Source: Okamejei kenojei
Taxonomy: Eukaryota
Assembly: GCA_035221665.1 (NCBI GenBank)
Contig: CM069149.1
Span: 29,574,001-29,638,000 of the forward strand
Reading direction: 5' to 3'
DNA length: 64,000 bases
Under the pieces are notes generated by a model. The model saw nothing but the letters and a program-made list of their open reading frames with translations. It was not told where the DNA came from and ran no database searches. Positions within the stretch are counted from its first letter, which is position 1; each line of letters opens with the position of its first letter. The translations under genes were made by a program, and so were the position numbers. Below are positions 1 to 12,892 of the stretch, piece by piece.

Positions 1-150
1 AGATCTGAATGCCCAAGATAGAATGTGGACCTCCTGGTTCATCCAAGGGTTCTGGTTAGGGAACAATCGGATGATCTTGGTGGGAACTCCATACATTTCC
101 TTGTGAAGTCGGCTCTGTTGCCAAGTCCTTGAAAACCGCCCAGTCTAGCA
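1..150 (-). mobile_element. Rex1/Babar-like LINE fragment (degenerate)
   Basis: Minus strand reads DWAVFKD ... NQNPWMNQEVH, resembling the 'DW..F / NQKPW' region upstream of the RT in Rex1-type ORFs. Confidence 0.5.
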
Positions 151-628
151 GTCACAGAGTTTCTCTGCCTGCCGTGACCAGCTTTGTACAATCTTCACTG
201 CTGGAGCTGCACTCTTCAGCCACAGCCTCTATTTTGAATTAGTGGTTTATCATAAAATTATTAAACATGGTTTTGAACCTTTGGTTGATATCTTGAATAA
301 TGGCAACATGAGATTCCTTAAGGGGAGTTACTCAACTGCAAACTTGAAATGTATCCAGAATTTTCTGGTTATTCTCATCCATCATCTAGATTGGAATTTA
401 CTGTTGCTGCCCAGTTTACCAAAGAATTGTAAGGATTTATTGTTGCCAAAACACCAAGAATACAATTGGGTTTTTTTTAATTTGTTCCAATCAGGTGAAA
501 GCTTTAACTTTGCCCCATCAACAATTGCTATGAATTAATCATGAGAAATTATGCACTATTAATAATGCACTATTTTTATTTTTGCTCTGAGTAAACCTAA
601 TTTTAATTCATGACTCTTTTTGTTGCAG

Positions 629-657
629 ATTTTTACCAAGTATGGTACGGTTGTAAA
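629..657 (+). CDS. ZCRB1: ZCRB1 internal coding exon (29 nt; IFTKYGTVVK), RRM. The preceding coding exon is outside the window
   Basis: tttttgttgcag acceptor and gtaagt donor; peptide matches vertebrate ZCRB1 IFSKYGKVVK; phase 2 joins the exon at 4666. Confidence 0.9.
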
Positions 658-1788
658 GTAAGTGAATATATTTTTGTTGAACTTCTTCTGCAGTAAATTT
701 CAGTTTTCATGCAAAAATTCACTTGGAAATGAAAGTACAGTAATCTAATTGATGCTTAAAAGAAAACTGCTGATGAAAGACTGTGATCCAGAATTTCTGC
801 TATTTAAATGGAATTCGATAATCTTACCTTTAGATTTGAGGTTGTCACCATGAATATCATCTCCAAAACATTTGTTGCATACTTTAAGTTATTCCAAGTT
901 TAAGAATGATGTGCCAGTATTTTTCAATGAGAAATGTTGCAGTATTTGAACTTATCCTGCCACATAAGGAAAGTATACCAACTTGATGGATCTGTATACA
1001 TTTGGGAATACTCCACACTCTCCCTTGTCATTCTGCTTATATCAATGTTTTGAATTAAAAATAGCAGCCATAATTAAGAGGTTTAGAAAATATATCAAAA
1101 TTAGCAGAATACTAACTGCTGGAAAAAGGACGCAGATCAAAAAGCATAGAGAAAAATGTATCAATCTTTTCCAAATTGAATAATTTTGGGAAAATAATGC
1201 ACAACAGGATATTGAGAAATGTAGAAGAGCAGATAAACCTATGAGTGCATACCCAGCAGCATGCTAATACTCTTCATGTTATCTGTTTATGTGATACTTT
1301 TCTTTTTTGGGCAAGGCGTGAATTAATGTCATGGTGGACATGATAGAAATATTTACGTGCCTGCACATAATCAATATCTCTCTATTCCCTGTAAATCCAT
1401 GTGCCTATCAAAAGCCTCTTAAGCACTACTATTGTATTTGCTCCCCCGCAACCCTACCACGTCAAACTACACGGTTACAAACCATTGGAATGTAATTTGG
1501 CATTTTGCTACATCTGTGTAGACAGATTGTCGACACCGTGGCACATTGGCTGTAATGTGATTTAAAAAGGAATCCTCAGGTGTACTCTTTAAACCACCGC
1601 TGTGTCCTATGACTCATGGGAGCCAGAGGGGAGACGCTGCTCGAGTGCAATATCCGGTGACTGACTTTGCCACGCCTTTGTCAATGCTGAGTGGTTTCAT
1701 TCATTGTTGATATAATTGAATGTATTTCTAGGCCCATTTCAGAGAGTAGTGAAGTATCACAACTTTACTGTTGGTGTGGGTTGACATA

Positions 1789-3398
1789 CAGAGCCCTTCA
1801 TAATGTTTGGGACAAAGACCCATCATATTATTTATTTGCCTCTGTACACCACAATTTGAGATTTGTAATAGAAAAAAATCACATGTGGTTAAAGTGCACA
1901 TTGTAAGATTTTATTAAAGGGTATTTTTATACATTTTGGTTTCACCATGTAGAAATTACAACTGCTTTTATACATATTCCCCCCCATTTCATGGCAACGT
2001 AATGTTTGGGACACATGGCTTCACAGGCGTTTGTAATTGCTAGGCGTGTTTAATTGCCTTCTTAATGCAGGTATAAGAGAGCTCTCAGCACCTAGTCTTT
2101 CCTCCAGTCTTTCCATCATCTTTGGAAACGTTTATATTATTTATCAACATGAGGACCAAAGTTGTGCAAATGACAGTCAAAGAAGCCATTATGAGACTGA
2201 GAAACAAGAATAAAACTGTTAGAGACATCAGCCAAACCTTAGGCTTACCAAAATCAACTGTCTGGAAAATTATTATGAAGAAAGAGAGCTCTGGTGAGCT
2301 TACTAATCGCAAAGGGACTGGCAGGCCAAGGAAGACCTCCACAACTGATGACAGAAGAATTCTCTCTATAATAAAGAAAAACTCCCAAACACCGACAGAT
2401 CAGAAACACTCTTCAGGAGTCAGGTGTGGATTTGTCAGTGACCACTCTCCGCAGAAGACTTCATGAACAGAAATACAGAGGCCACACTGCAAGATGCAAA
2501 CCACTGGTTATCTGCAAATATAGGATGGCCAGGTCACAGTTTGCCAAGAAGTACTTAAAAGAGCAACCACAGTTCTGGAAAAAGGACAGATGAGATGAAG
2601 ATTAGCTTATATCAGAGTGATGGCAAGAGCAAAGTATGGAGGAGAGAAGGAACTGCCCAAGATCAAAAGCATACCACCTCATCTGTGAAACACGGTGGTG
2701 GGGATGTTATGGCCTGGGCATGTATGGCTGCTGAAGGTATTGGCTCACTTATCTACATTGATGATACAACTGCTGATGGTAGTAACATCCTATCTGCTCA
2801 AGTTCAAACAAATGCCTCAAAACTCATTGGCTGGCAGTTCATTCTACAGCAAGCAATGATCCCAAGCATACTGCTAAAGCAACAGAGGAGTTTTCAAAGC
2901 TAAAAAATGGTGGATTCTTGAGTGGCCAATCGCACGATCTGAACCCAATTAAGCATGCCTTTTATATGCTGAAGAGAAAACTGAAGGGGACTAGCCCCCA
3001 AAACAAGCATAAGCTAAAGATGGCTGCAATACAGGCCTGACAGAGCATCACCAGGGAAGACACCCAGCAACTGGTGATGACCATGAATCTCAGACTTCAA
3101 GCAGTCATTGCATGCAAAGGATATGCAACAAAATACTGAACATGACTACTTCCATTTACATGACATTGCTTTTTTCACAAACATGGTGCCCTGAAATGGG
3201 GGGGTGGGGGGCTATGTATAAACAATGCAGTAATTTCTACATGATGAAACCAAAATGTGTAAAAATACCTTTTAATAAAATCTGACAATGTGCATTTTAA
3301 CCAGGTGTGATTTTTTTCTATTACAAATCTCAATTGTGGAAGACAGAGGCAAATAAATAAATGATGGGTCTTTGTCCTAAACATTATAGAGGGCACTG
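1789..3398 (+). mobile_element. Full-length (1610 bp) Tc1-family DNA transposon with IR/DR-type ITRs and a frameshifted transposase
   Basis: TA TSD at 1787-1788 and 3399-3400; ~220-bp inverted termini (cagagcccttcataatgtttgggaca ... tgtcctaaacattatagagggcactg) with a repeated taatgtttgggaca; ORFs 2122-2466 (HTH, GRPRKTS) and 2595-2903 (SVKHGGGDVMAWACM); degenerate WP..S.DLNPI motif near 2925-2950. Confidence 0.95.
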
Positions 3399-4665
3399 TA
3401 GGTCCAATCAGAAAACAATGGGAGACATCAGTAAATCAGAAAGACATCAGTAAATCAAATAGGTGAAATCCAGAGGTGTGGTAAGATGCCAAATCAATTT
3501 GTACGAACTGTAAAAGATTCCAGTGATTGCAGTCATACGCTGCATTAAAATAGCGTGTTTTGTCTTGGATGTCAATGATCCCAGTCCAAGAATATTGCTG
3601 CAGCAATTTTTCAAGGCAGATTCCTGGCCCTGAAATTTTAAGCAATTTCCTTCCATGCTAAGATAATAAACGGAATTAGTCTCAAATGAGAATGTAGGGA
3701 GAATGGTGGGGAACAATTTGATTCGTAAGATTTGTGTAAATGGGCAGAAATGATCACTACAGACTTGGATCAAAGGGCTGGTTTCTATACTGTATATCTG
3801 TATGATTCTATGAATGCATGTTCAATTTTATTTTGGAACTCTGAAAATTAAGCAATTCATTCCTGCTTGCAGCAGAACTTTAAGATCAGTTCCAGGCAAG
3901 TAACATTTGTACCATGCAAATTACAGGCAATGACATCTTAAAACAAGAAAGAGTCTAATCACTTCCCACTGCCATTCTCCTACTGGCAACAGCCTGTGAT
4001 TCACATTGACTAGAAAAGAGTCAAGGTTAACTTAACAGGCCACACAAATAGTACAGCAATGGAGTAGGTCAGAAGCTAGGTATCCTGCGGTGAGTGGTTC
4101 ATATCTTGGCACTTCATTTTTTTCCCCTCCATCTGCAAGGTACCTGTATGTCAGGAACATGATGGAATATCCTCCACCTGCCAAGATGAATGTGCTTCCA
4201 ATAAATTGAAGCATGACAACATGTCGGACAAATTACCTCTTACAACCCATCCACTATCCGAAAACCTAATTCCCTCTACCACCACATTTCTATGGCTCCA
4301 GTTTGTGTTTCATAAAATGTACAGCAATTACTCACACAAGCTGCTGTGACTGGATTTCACAAACCTGCAGCCACCATGAAGGACAATTGCCATATTTTCA
4401 TTCGCGTTATATCTAATTCTTGGAACTTCTACCTCACAAAGATTAAGTTATTTTATCTGAGGAACTTCAGCAAAAGATTAATTAACATCTCAAATTAGGC
4501 CTTTTATGGGACAGCGATTAAGTGTTAGTTTTGCTGTGAAGTCCATTGTGAAACATTTTTACTCAAAATATAGTTACTATTTATATTGCCTTCTGTGAAG
4601 AATATTAAAATTTTGAGAGTTGTTTGAAATGTTATTCAGACTAACAATAACATTTTTGTTTGCAG

Positions 4666-4777
4666 AGTTACAGTATTGAGGGACAAGGATTCCAGGAAAA
4701 GCAAAGGTGTGGCATTTGTTCTGTTCCTCGATAGGGAATCAGCATATAACTGTACTAGAGCATTGAATAACAAGCAA
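4666..4777 (+). CDS. ZCRB1: ZCRB1 coding exon (112 nt; [37 protein letters not shown]), contains RNP1
   Basis: tttgtttgcag acceptor, gtgagc donor; [11 protein letters not shown]1 motif; closely matches human ZCRB1. Confidence 0.96.
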
Positions 4778-4892
4778 GTGAGCTGGAAACCATTTTTTTT
4801 CTCCCAATTCTTTTTTTATTGCACTTTTCAATGAACAATAATTTCCTTGTTGTCAACCAAATTTTTCAACCATTTTATGTCTTCAACTGCAG

Positions 4893-5000
4893 TTGTTTGG
4901 CAGAACAGTAAAGGCGAGCATTGCAGTTGACAATGGCAGAGCATCTGAATTTATTAGAAGGCGCAATTATACTGACAAATCCAGATGTTATGAATGTGGA
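4893..5000 (+). CDS. ZCRB1: ZCRB1 coding exon (108 nt; [36 protein letters not shown])
   Basis: ctgcag acceptor, gtgagt donor; end of the RRM and start of the CCHC knuckle (CYECG). Confidence 0.96.
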
Positions 5001-5053
5001 GTGAGTACAAATACTTTTTTAATGAAAATGTCATAAATGTAAATATTCAGTGT

Positions 5054-5179
5054 AGGAAGGAACTGTAGATGCTGGTTTAAACTGAAGGTGGACACAAAAT
5101 GCAGCAGTAACAGCAGGACAGGCAGCATCTCTGGAGAGAAGGAATAGGTGACGTTTCGGATCTAGAACCTTCTTCAGAC
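5054..5179 (-). mobile_element. Penelope-like element terminal fragment with hammerhead motif
   Basis: Minus strand reads CTGAAGA-aggttctagatcc-GAAAC-GTC, followed by the conserved terminal repeat (...cagcatctacagttccttcc). Confidence 0.75.
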
Positions 5180-5390
5180 ATAATCATTAGGTTTGACTGG
5201 CAGGGTTGTATCACCGAAAAGACTTTATGAAAAAGCTATTACATTTACCCAGATCTGCCATCATTAAAATAAATCTTTTAAAAAACTTTTATTAAATCCT
5301 TGGTGGAAGCGTAAAACTTTCCAGGCACAATCCTGCTGAGAACCCCAAACCCATTGCTACCTATTAACCTGTCCTCAAAGCAAAAACACT

Positions 5391-6864
5391 TCATAGAGTC
5401 ACCCGGCACGGAAACAGGCCCTACTGCCCACTTTGCCCATGCCAACCAACATGCCCCATCTACACTAGTCCCACCTGCCTGCATTTTCCCCATATCCCTC
5501 TGAACGTATCCTATCCATGTACTTGTCCAAATGTTTCTTAAGCATAGTGATTGTACCTACCTCAACTACTTCCCCCGGCAGCTCGTTGCAATATACCCTT
5601 TGTGTAAAAATGGTGCCCCTCAGGTTCCTATTAAATCTTCTTCTCCCCACCCTCACCTGAAAACCTATGTCATCTGGTTTTTGATTCCCATACTCTGGGT
5701 AAAAGACTGCATTTACCCAATCTATTCCTCTCATGATATTGTACACCTCTATTAGATCACCCCTGATCCTTCGACGCTCCAAGGAGTAAGGTCCTGGCCT
5801 GCTCAACCACTCCCTATAGCTCAAGTCCTGGCAACATCCTCGTAAATCTTCTCTGCACCCTATCCAGTTTAACACATCTTACCTAGAACATGGTGATCAA
5901 AACTAACACAATACTCTAAATGTGGCCTCACAAATATCTTGTACATCTGTAACATGACCTCCCATTATCTTTACTTCATACTCTGACTGATGAAGGCCAA
6001 TGTGCCAAAAACCTTCTTGAACTATCCAATTACCTGTGGCACCACTTTCAAGGACTTACCAGCACTCCTAATCCCTCTGCTCTACAACAGTCCCCATTGT
6101 GTATGTAGGTCCTGCCCTGGTTTGACTTCCCAAAATGCAATCCATCCCCCTCCTCAATATTAAACTCCATTAACCAATCATCACCCCACCTACCCAACCA
6201 ATCAACATCATGCTGCAATATTTGGCAACCATCTTCACTATTTACAATATCACCAACTTTATTGTCATCTGCAAACTCACTAATCATGTCTTGTACGTTC
6301 TCATCTAAATCATTTATATAGATGAGAAACAGCAAATGGCCCAGCACCAAACAGTGAGACACACCACTAGTCACAGGCCTCCAGTCCAAAAAAACCAACC
6401 TTCCACCATCACCATCTGCTTGCCTCCATGAAGCCAATTTTCTACCCAGTCAGTGAGCTCTACTTGGATCCCATGTGATCCCACCTACCATGAGAAACCT
6501 TGTCAAATGCCTTGCTGCAATCCATATATACATCTAAGCTTTTCCCTCATTAATCTTTTTGGGCACATCATCCAAAATCTTAATCAGATTCGGAAGACAC
6601 AATCTTCTGTACAAAACTATGCTGATGATCAGCTTATGTCCATCTAAATACATGTATATCTTAACCCTCAGAGTACTCCCCAGTAACTTTCCGACTACAG
6701 ATGTTGCATTCACTGGCCTGTAGTTCCCAGGCTTTTCCCTGCAACCCTACTTAAATAGGGGTACAACATCTGCCACCTTCCAGTCTTCCGGCACCTCACT
6801 AGTATTTAATGGCGACTCATAAACCTCAGCCAGGGCACCTGCAATTTCCTCTCTAATCTCCAAC
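5391..6864 (-). mobile_element. CR1-type LINE 3' portion (degenerate RT)
   Basis: Minus-strand peptides WRPVTSGVS..LVLGHLLFLIYINDLD..ISEFADDNKVG and YSLERRRIRGDLIEVYNIM. Confidence 0.9.
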
Positions 6865-7487
6865 AGTTATTGTCTTCCCTTCTTTCTTCATTACTTTATT
6901 ATACCGCTTAAGCTGCTCAACATGATATATATATTGAGAGATCTAACTTTTGTTCAGTACATAAATAGTTCAGTTTTGTTCAGAACATAATTGTGCACAT
7001 TTGTACCCTTTTTAATGTATTTTAGTGTCAGTTATCACCAATGCTGCTGAAGGAAAGCTCAAGAAAAACAGGATGAATTGGACAAAAAATTGACCTTGGA
7101 AGCTGGTGTTTTATATTTACATAACTATAACTTCAGAAAGTCTGATCTCTTTGAATTTTCCACATATCTTTCCTGCACTAATATGGTTGCCCTCCATATG
7201 CCTTATTCACAATCAGGCCAGTTTGCATGGGAATGTATGAGCTATTTTAGCTTAAAATATTTTAATATTTTCAGTTAACTCTACGAGTGATCCTTCAGAT
7301 AATTTAAACATTAAAAATAAATCATGAAGAAGTTTGGGCTTTGGATGGGGTCGATAAGTTAAATGTAACCATTGATTTTAATCTTCACTGCAAGAAAAGC
7401 AGCAAATAAAAATAACTAGATAGACAATTGAAAGTAAAGTTTGCAACATTGATGTTGTGCATTATAAATAGTATTTGATTATAAATA

Positions 7488-7601
7488 GTCTGAAGAGTCG
7501 CGACCCGAAACGTCATCTATCCATTTTCTCCAGAGATGTTGCCTGACCCACGGAGTTACTCCAGTATTTTGTGTCTATCTTTGGTATAAACCAGCACCTG
7601 C
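7488..7601 (+). mobile_element. Penelope-like terminal fragment with damaged hammerhead motif
   Basis: gtCTGAAGAgtcgcgacccGAAAcgtca followed by the conserved tail gcctgacc..gagttactccag..ttttgtgtct. Confidence 0.75.
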
Positions 7602-7619
7602 TATACCTTTTTATTATAC

Positions 7620-7982
7620 ACTAGACTAAGTGTGACCTGTGGGGGGGGGGGGGGGGGGGGGGGGGTGAGGGAGAGGGGGGGGGGTGCAGGGGAGGGGGGG
7701 GGGGGTGTGGGCTCACCGCTGATCTCATGATTTTTTTCATGAGATCAGACCAATCAGACCAATTCCCTCATGACCAATCTGCTGATCTCATGATTTTTTT
7801 AAACCTTCATAACATTTGTAATCTTCCACTGATCGGAGCAGAATTTGGTGGCTTGGAGCAGAGGAGAATGGTGGCGTTAGGTGACGAGTAATCCTAGCTA
7901 TATAGGGTAGCGTTTTTGCGCAAATTTAAAAACAACACAGACCGTAAGTGGTCAAGATAAGGGTTTTAGTAATAGTATAGAT
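7620..7982 (+). mobile_element. Helentron/DINE-1-like non-autonomous element (tentative)
   Basis: Begins ACTAGAC, ends ...gttttagtaatagTATAGAT; same terminal pattern as 21149-22366; G-rich interior. Confidence 0.5.
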
Positions 7983-8416
7983 AATATTTGTATCTTCTGT
8001 GGAATATACGTAAGATTTTTTCTAATATTCACATAGAAGACTGCCCCACTACTTGACATTATCATTTATATTGTACTTGATCCTTATTTTCTGTCCAACA
8101 GCTATGTTATAGGAATTCCCTAATGGAGAGCGCTATGCATTCTTCTTGACACATCAAATATAGTTGCACCATAACCAGCAAATTCAATGCACTTTTTAGT
8201 TTTGCAATCTCAAATGCCAAAATCTTTAATAATCAAAAATTTATAACTGAAATTAGGTGGCATTGGACAATAGTTTTTCATGGAAGTAGCCAATATAACT
8301 TTAATTCAGCGGCAATAAGTAGTGAACTACGTTTTCTTCTTTGCTATGAGCCTATAGAATATTAAAATGTTGACAAGTAGTTGCCATAATTCTTAACGTA
8401 ATTTTTCAAATTCCAG

Positions 8417-8526
8417 GATTACGGTCATTTGAGCTATGCTTGTCCTAAAAATATGCTTGGAGAACGAGAGCCCCCCAAAAAGAAAGAGAAGAAGAAAAAG
8501 AAAAAAAACAATGAACCAGACGAAAT
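8417..8526 (+). CDS. ZCRB1: ZCRB1 coding exon (110 nt; [36 protein letters not shown])
   Basis: ttccag acceptor, gtacgt donor; completes the CCHC knuckle (GHLSYAC) and the lysine-rich segment. Confidence 0.96.
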
Positions 8527-8601
8527 GTACGTATATTATATATATTTATTAAACTGCTTGATTTGAGGGTGTCAAACTGAAAATATATATCTGCATTTCA
8601 G

Positions 8602-8683
8602 TGAAGAAGAAGAGGAGGAGGAAAGTGAAGATGAAGGGGAAGACCCTGCTCTTGATAGCTTGAGCCAAGCTATTGCTTTTCAG
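8602..8683 (+). CDS. ZCRB1: ZCRB1 coding exon (82 nt; EEEEEEESEDEGEDPALDSLSQAIAFQ)
   Basis: tttcag acceptor after a 75-nt intron, gtattg donor; ESEDEGEDPALDSLSQAIAFQ matches human ZCRB1. Confidence 0.96.
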
Positions 8684-10504
8684 GTATTGCATTCTGAGAA
8701 TTCATTCTAATTATAAAATGTTTTGAAGAGCATATAAAAGTGGCTCATAAAGTTAAGTTTATAAACTTATGTTTAATTTTTGGTAAATGAGTTTATCATT
8801 CTCCAGCTTGACAGAAAAGTTTTTTGGAGCACTATTGTCCTGCCACTGTTTGTAATTGAATTACGGACCTTATTGATCTTTTTTGCGTTCAAATTGCAGT
8901 CGTATTGATTCCTATTGTGCTACAATGCAAGATTAATTAGGTATATTTTGCAAGATAGTTGCAGCAGAAATGAAATGCCTTAAGTCATAAAGCTCATGTT
9001 ATGGTTAGTTATTTTAAAAAAAAAAAGTTTGACAAGCAAATTAAACGTTAACTGGAACTCTGTTAAAATATGAATTGAATTTTGTCATAAAAGCTTTGTT
9101 GATTTAGGGTCTTCTTGAGCTTCCTTCCCTATTACTCAATTCTGCTGGCTTAGATTTAGGACAAAAACAAATGGAGTGTGCACAGCTCCTTTCATCCATC
9201 CTCTATCATGCTGATCAAGCCCTTGATGGCTTCATCTTTTGTCCCTTCTGGCCCTCCTTTTCCTAGTCACCCCGTGTCCTCAGTCGTTCTTCTCTCCTAC
9301 CTCCACTGCCTCCCTCATCCAACCCCTACCATTGCTGTCTTCCCATCCTCCCAACCTCTTTTCCCTACCTCCAATTTCAACTAACCAGGCCTCCATCCTA
9401 CAAACCTTTTACTGTATTTAGGAAAGATATTAGAATGTTATTGCTTGGTTCTGATTTACTTAAATGGGGCATTGGTGAGACAGTGGTACACAGCTGGTAG
9501 AGCTGCTGCCTCACAGCACTCGAGACCCGGGTTCGATCCTGCCCTCGGGTGCTCTGCCTGTGACCAAGTGGGCTTCCTCCGGGTACCCATTTAAGTCTGA
9601 GGGGATGTGCAGCTTTTTTTCTCTGAGGGTAATTAATAACATTAATATTAACGTGTTAACATAGAAAACCTCATTGCAATCATGGTACAACTAGAGAAAA
9701 TAGCACGACCTTTTAGCAAAACAGCAAAAAAAAGGCAGATTTAGGCACTCGATCATGGAAAAGGCATTATCTTGGTGCAATCATCAAAAAAGGCATGAAA
9801 AGGCACATGGCATTTATGGCAAAATCCAGGCTCTAGTAATGAATCTATCAAAACTTATTCAGCAGACAGTGGAAGCCAGTCTAATTTTAAGACAGAGGTA
9901 GATAGCTTCTTGGTAAGGGATAAAAGGTTACTTAGCTAGACTGGAATGCAGAGCTGAGATTACAATCGGATCATTTACGATATTTTTAAATGACAGAACA
10001 AGTAGAATTACAGAGTTGCTACCTCCTCTTCCAAATTCGTATTATGAGCATTGGTGGAAGTGTAAGAATGAAAAGATGTCAAATATTTTGACTCTGTCTT
10101 CATGGAAGACACTGAAAATCTCCTGTTAATTGTGAAAGATTACAGTTCTGGAGTTGGCAGAAATTGGCATTAGTTTAAAAAGAAATATTGGAGAAATCAA
10201 TGGCACTCAAAGGTCATAAACCCCAAAACCTGATGATTTGCATATTAAGGTTTTGAAAGAGGTGCTTGAGGAAAATAGTGGACAGTGAAAATGATTGGCA
10301 GATGGAGTTTAATTTGTATAAATGTGAAATGTTACATTTTGGTATGACTAACACTGGCATAATGGACACATTAAAGTATAGGGCTCTGGGGAGTGTTGTT
10401 AAACAGAGACCTAGGGGTGCAGGTACATAATCCCATGAAAGTGGCACACGGTTGGACATGATGGTGAAGAAGGCACTAGTTTGGATGTTATGTTTATTTT
10501 AGAG

Positions 10505-10802
10505 GAACAGCATAGAAACAGGCCCAGCAGCCCACCGAGTGTATGCTGACCTTCGATCACCTGTTCACACTAGTTCTATGTTATCCCACTTCCTCATCCA
10601 CTCCTTACACACCAGGGACAATTTACAGAGGACAATTAACCTTTGGGATGTGGCAGAAAACCGGAGCACCGGGTGAAAACCCACACGGCCACACGGTCAC
10701 GGGGAGAATACGCAAACTCCACATAGACATCAACTGGTCAGGATCAAACCTAGGTCTCTGGCGCTGTGAGGCAGCGGCTCTGCCTCTACACCTCTGTGCC
10801 AC
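10505..10802 (-). mobile_element. tRNA-derived SINE (HE1/V-SINE-like)
   Basis: Reverse complement of the SINE seen at 23084 (A/B boxes, ccgtgtgggttttc.cc.ggtgctccggttt core). Confidence 0.8.
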
Positions 10803-11599
10803 CTTACAGCTGTACAAGTTGTTATTAAAGCATTTAGAGGACTGTGTACAGTTCTAGTTGGTCTGTTGTAGGAAGGATGTCATTAACTGGAAAGTGTGAA
10901 AAATGATTTGTGAGTGGAAAAAAAAGATGGGTATGAGAAGATCTGGGTAGATCAAAAGAGAGAAAGAAGCAACTTAAGGTTTATTACCTGAAATTGGAAA
11001 ATTCATTGTTGGCTACCCAGACGGAATATGAGATGCCACCTGCACCACTCACCTTTACCCCGTTTTTCTCCTCCTCCCCCTCATCACTAACTTTACCCCT
11101 CCAAGTCCCCTTTTTCCACCCCCATTCCCATCTCCCCACCATTTCTCCTCTGGTTTTCCATATCCCTCCACAGATACTGCCTGACCTACTGAGTTCCTCC
11201 AGCAGTTTTTGTGCAAGATTCCAGCCTCGGCAGTATCTTATGTCTCCATGTGTCAGCGTATGTTCTGAATTTGGGTTTATTTTTAATCCATTTGGAATGA
11301 AGTAATGAGATATAGAACTGACTGTTCCCGACAGAACCCAAATTGAACACTGTTATTAAGCACAGCTTGAAAGTACATTTTAATTAATTTCAAAGGAAAC
11401 AGCTGCTGTTTTTTTTCCTACACCATTGAAACCTTACATGACTACCATTCCAGTAAATCTCCTCAATACCCTGCACTGGTTCAAAATTAACTATAGTTTC
11501 CAACTGGCGCCTAACCAATAATTTATGGAGGTTTAGCAATACTTGCTTGCTTGCTATCAACTTGTTATCCGTGTCATTGGTGGGGAGTTATGAGAGTTG

Positions 11600-12380
11600 A
11601 GGTGAAGAATGGGGTTCCTGGAACTCGAGCATCTTGAAAAGAATAATAGGATTGACCAGAGTCAACATGGATTTATGAAAGGAAAATCATGTTTAACTAA
11701 TCGACTAATAAGTTCTTTGAGCATCCAGCTGGTGGAATATATAAGGAGGACTCAATGAATATGGGGTATTTTGATTTTCAGAAGGCTTTCAATCACGGTT
11801 CTACACAGGACATTGGTTAAAAAAGTTAGAGCAGGTAGAACTGAGGGTAATATACTGATTTAGATTGAGAACTAGTTATCTGACAGAAAACAAAAATTGG
11901 GAATAATTAGAACTACAGATGTAGGTTGAGAATAAGTGGATCTTTTTCTGGTTAATAGGGTCCTGGTTGACAGGGTGTGATGAATGGAATTGGCAGAAAA
12001 TCAATGCTTGGATTGCAACTATTCACAGGATAGACCATTTTGCTGAGGCATCCACATGTTATATTTCCAAGTCTGTTGACGATCTATTATTAGATAACAT
12101 TTTGAAAAGGCAGAAAGATGTAATGAGGCTTAATGGGGATACTTTAAGCCTCATTGGTGAGCCAGATGCAACAACATTTCGTTCAGATTTGCATTGGTGT
12201 ATTTTTGAATGACAATAAAGTCATTGATTGATTGATACTTGCAAGTTGAGTGAGTGGACAAGAATATGGCATATCCAATATTATATGGAAAAATATCTGA
12301 AGTTATCTACTTTGTTCCACAAAACATAATATTGGTGACGTTTAAATCGTGCAAAATTGGATAATGTTGTTCAAAGGGAC
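11600..12380 (+). mobile_element. CR1-type LINE RT fragment, old
   Basis: SQHGFMKGKSCLTN (gagtcaacatggatttatgaaaggaaaatcatgtttaactaat) and YFDFQKAF motifs. Confidence 0.8.
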
Positions 12381-12399
12381 CTAATCACTAAAGCTTCTT

Positions 12400-12835
12400 G
12401 GTTCACTCATCCTTTCCCACCCAAACTGGGTACTTAACCTTACAACCGCAGGCGAAGTAACACCTATCCTTATACCTCCTCCCTTGACTCTTTCCAGGAA
12501 CCTCAGCAGTCCTTCCAGGTGAAACTGAGATTTACATGCACCTCTAACTTTTATCAACTGCATCCGATGTTCCCGATGTGGGCTCTTGTACATCGGCGAG
12601 ACCACGCGTGGACTCGGCGTATGCTTTGCCGAACACTCGTGCCTGGTCCGCCAAGGCCAAACTTCCAGTTGCTAACCACTTTCACCTCCCTTCTCATACT
12701 GACCTTTCTTTCCTGGTCCTCCTCAATTGCTAGAGTAAGCTACACACAAACTGGAGGAACAGCACCTCATTTTCTAGTGGGGTTGCTTATAGCCCAACGG
12801 TATGAACATTGAATTCTGCAATTGTAAGTAACTTC
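12400..12835 (+). mobile_element. Penelope-like element GIY-YIG endonuclease remnant
   Basis: Frameshifted FQVKLRFTCTS..CIRCSRCGLLYIGET..LG..FAEH, then KLEEQHLIF. Confidence 0.85.
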
Positions 12836-12892
12836 TACAAACACCTCCCTTCGCCTTCCCTTTCTCACCTCCAACACACCATTCCCCTTTAA

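Noticed and set aside
7641-7706. Poly-G runs as functional G-quadruplex
   Set aside because: Lies inside a repeat, homopolymer lengths are unreliable in assemblies, and there is no independent support
9640-9838. AAAAGGCA-repeat segment ending aaatccaggctctag
   Set aside because: Probably one end of a DNA transposon, but I could not find the partner terminus or a TSD
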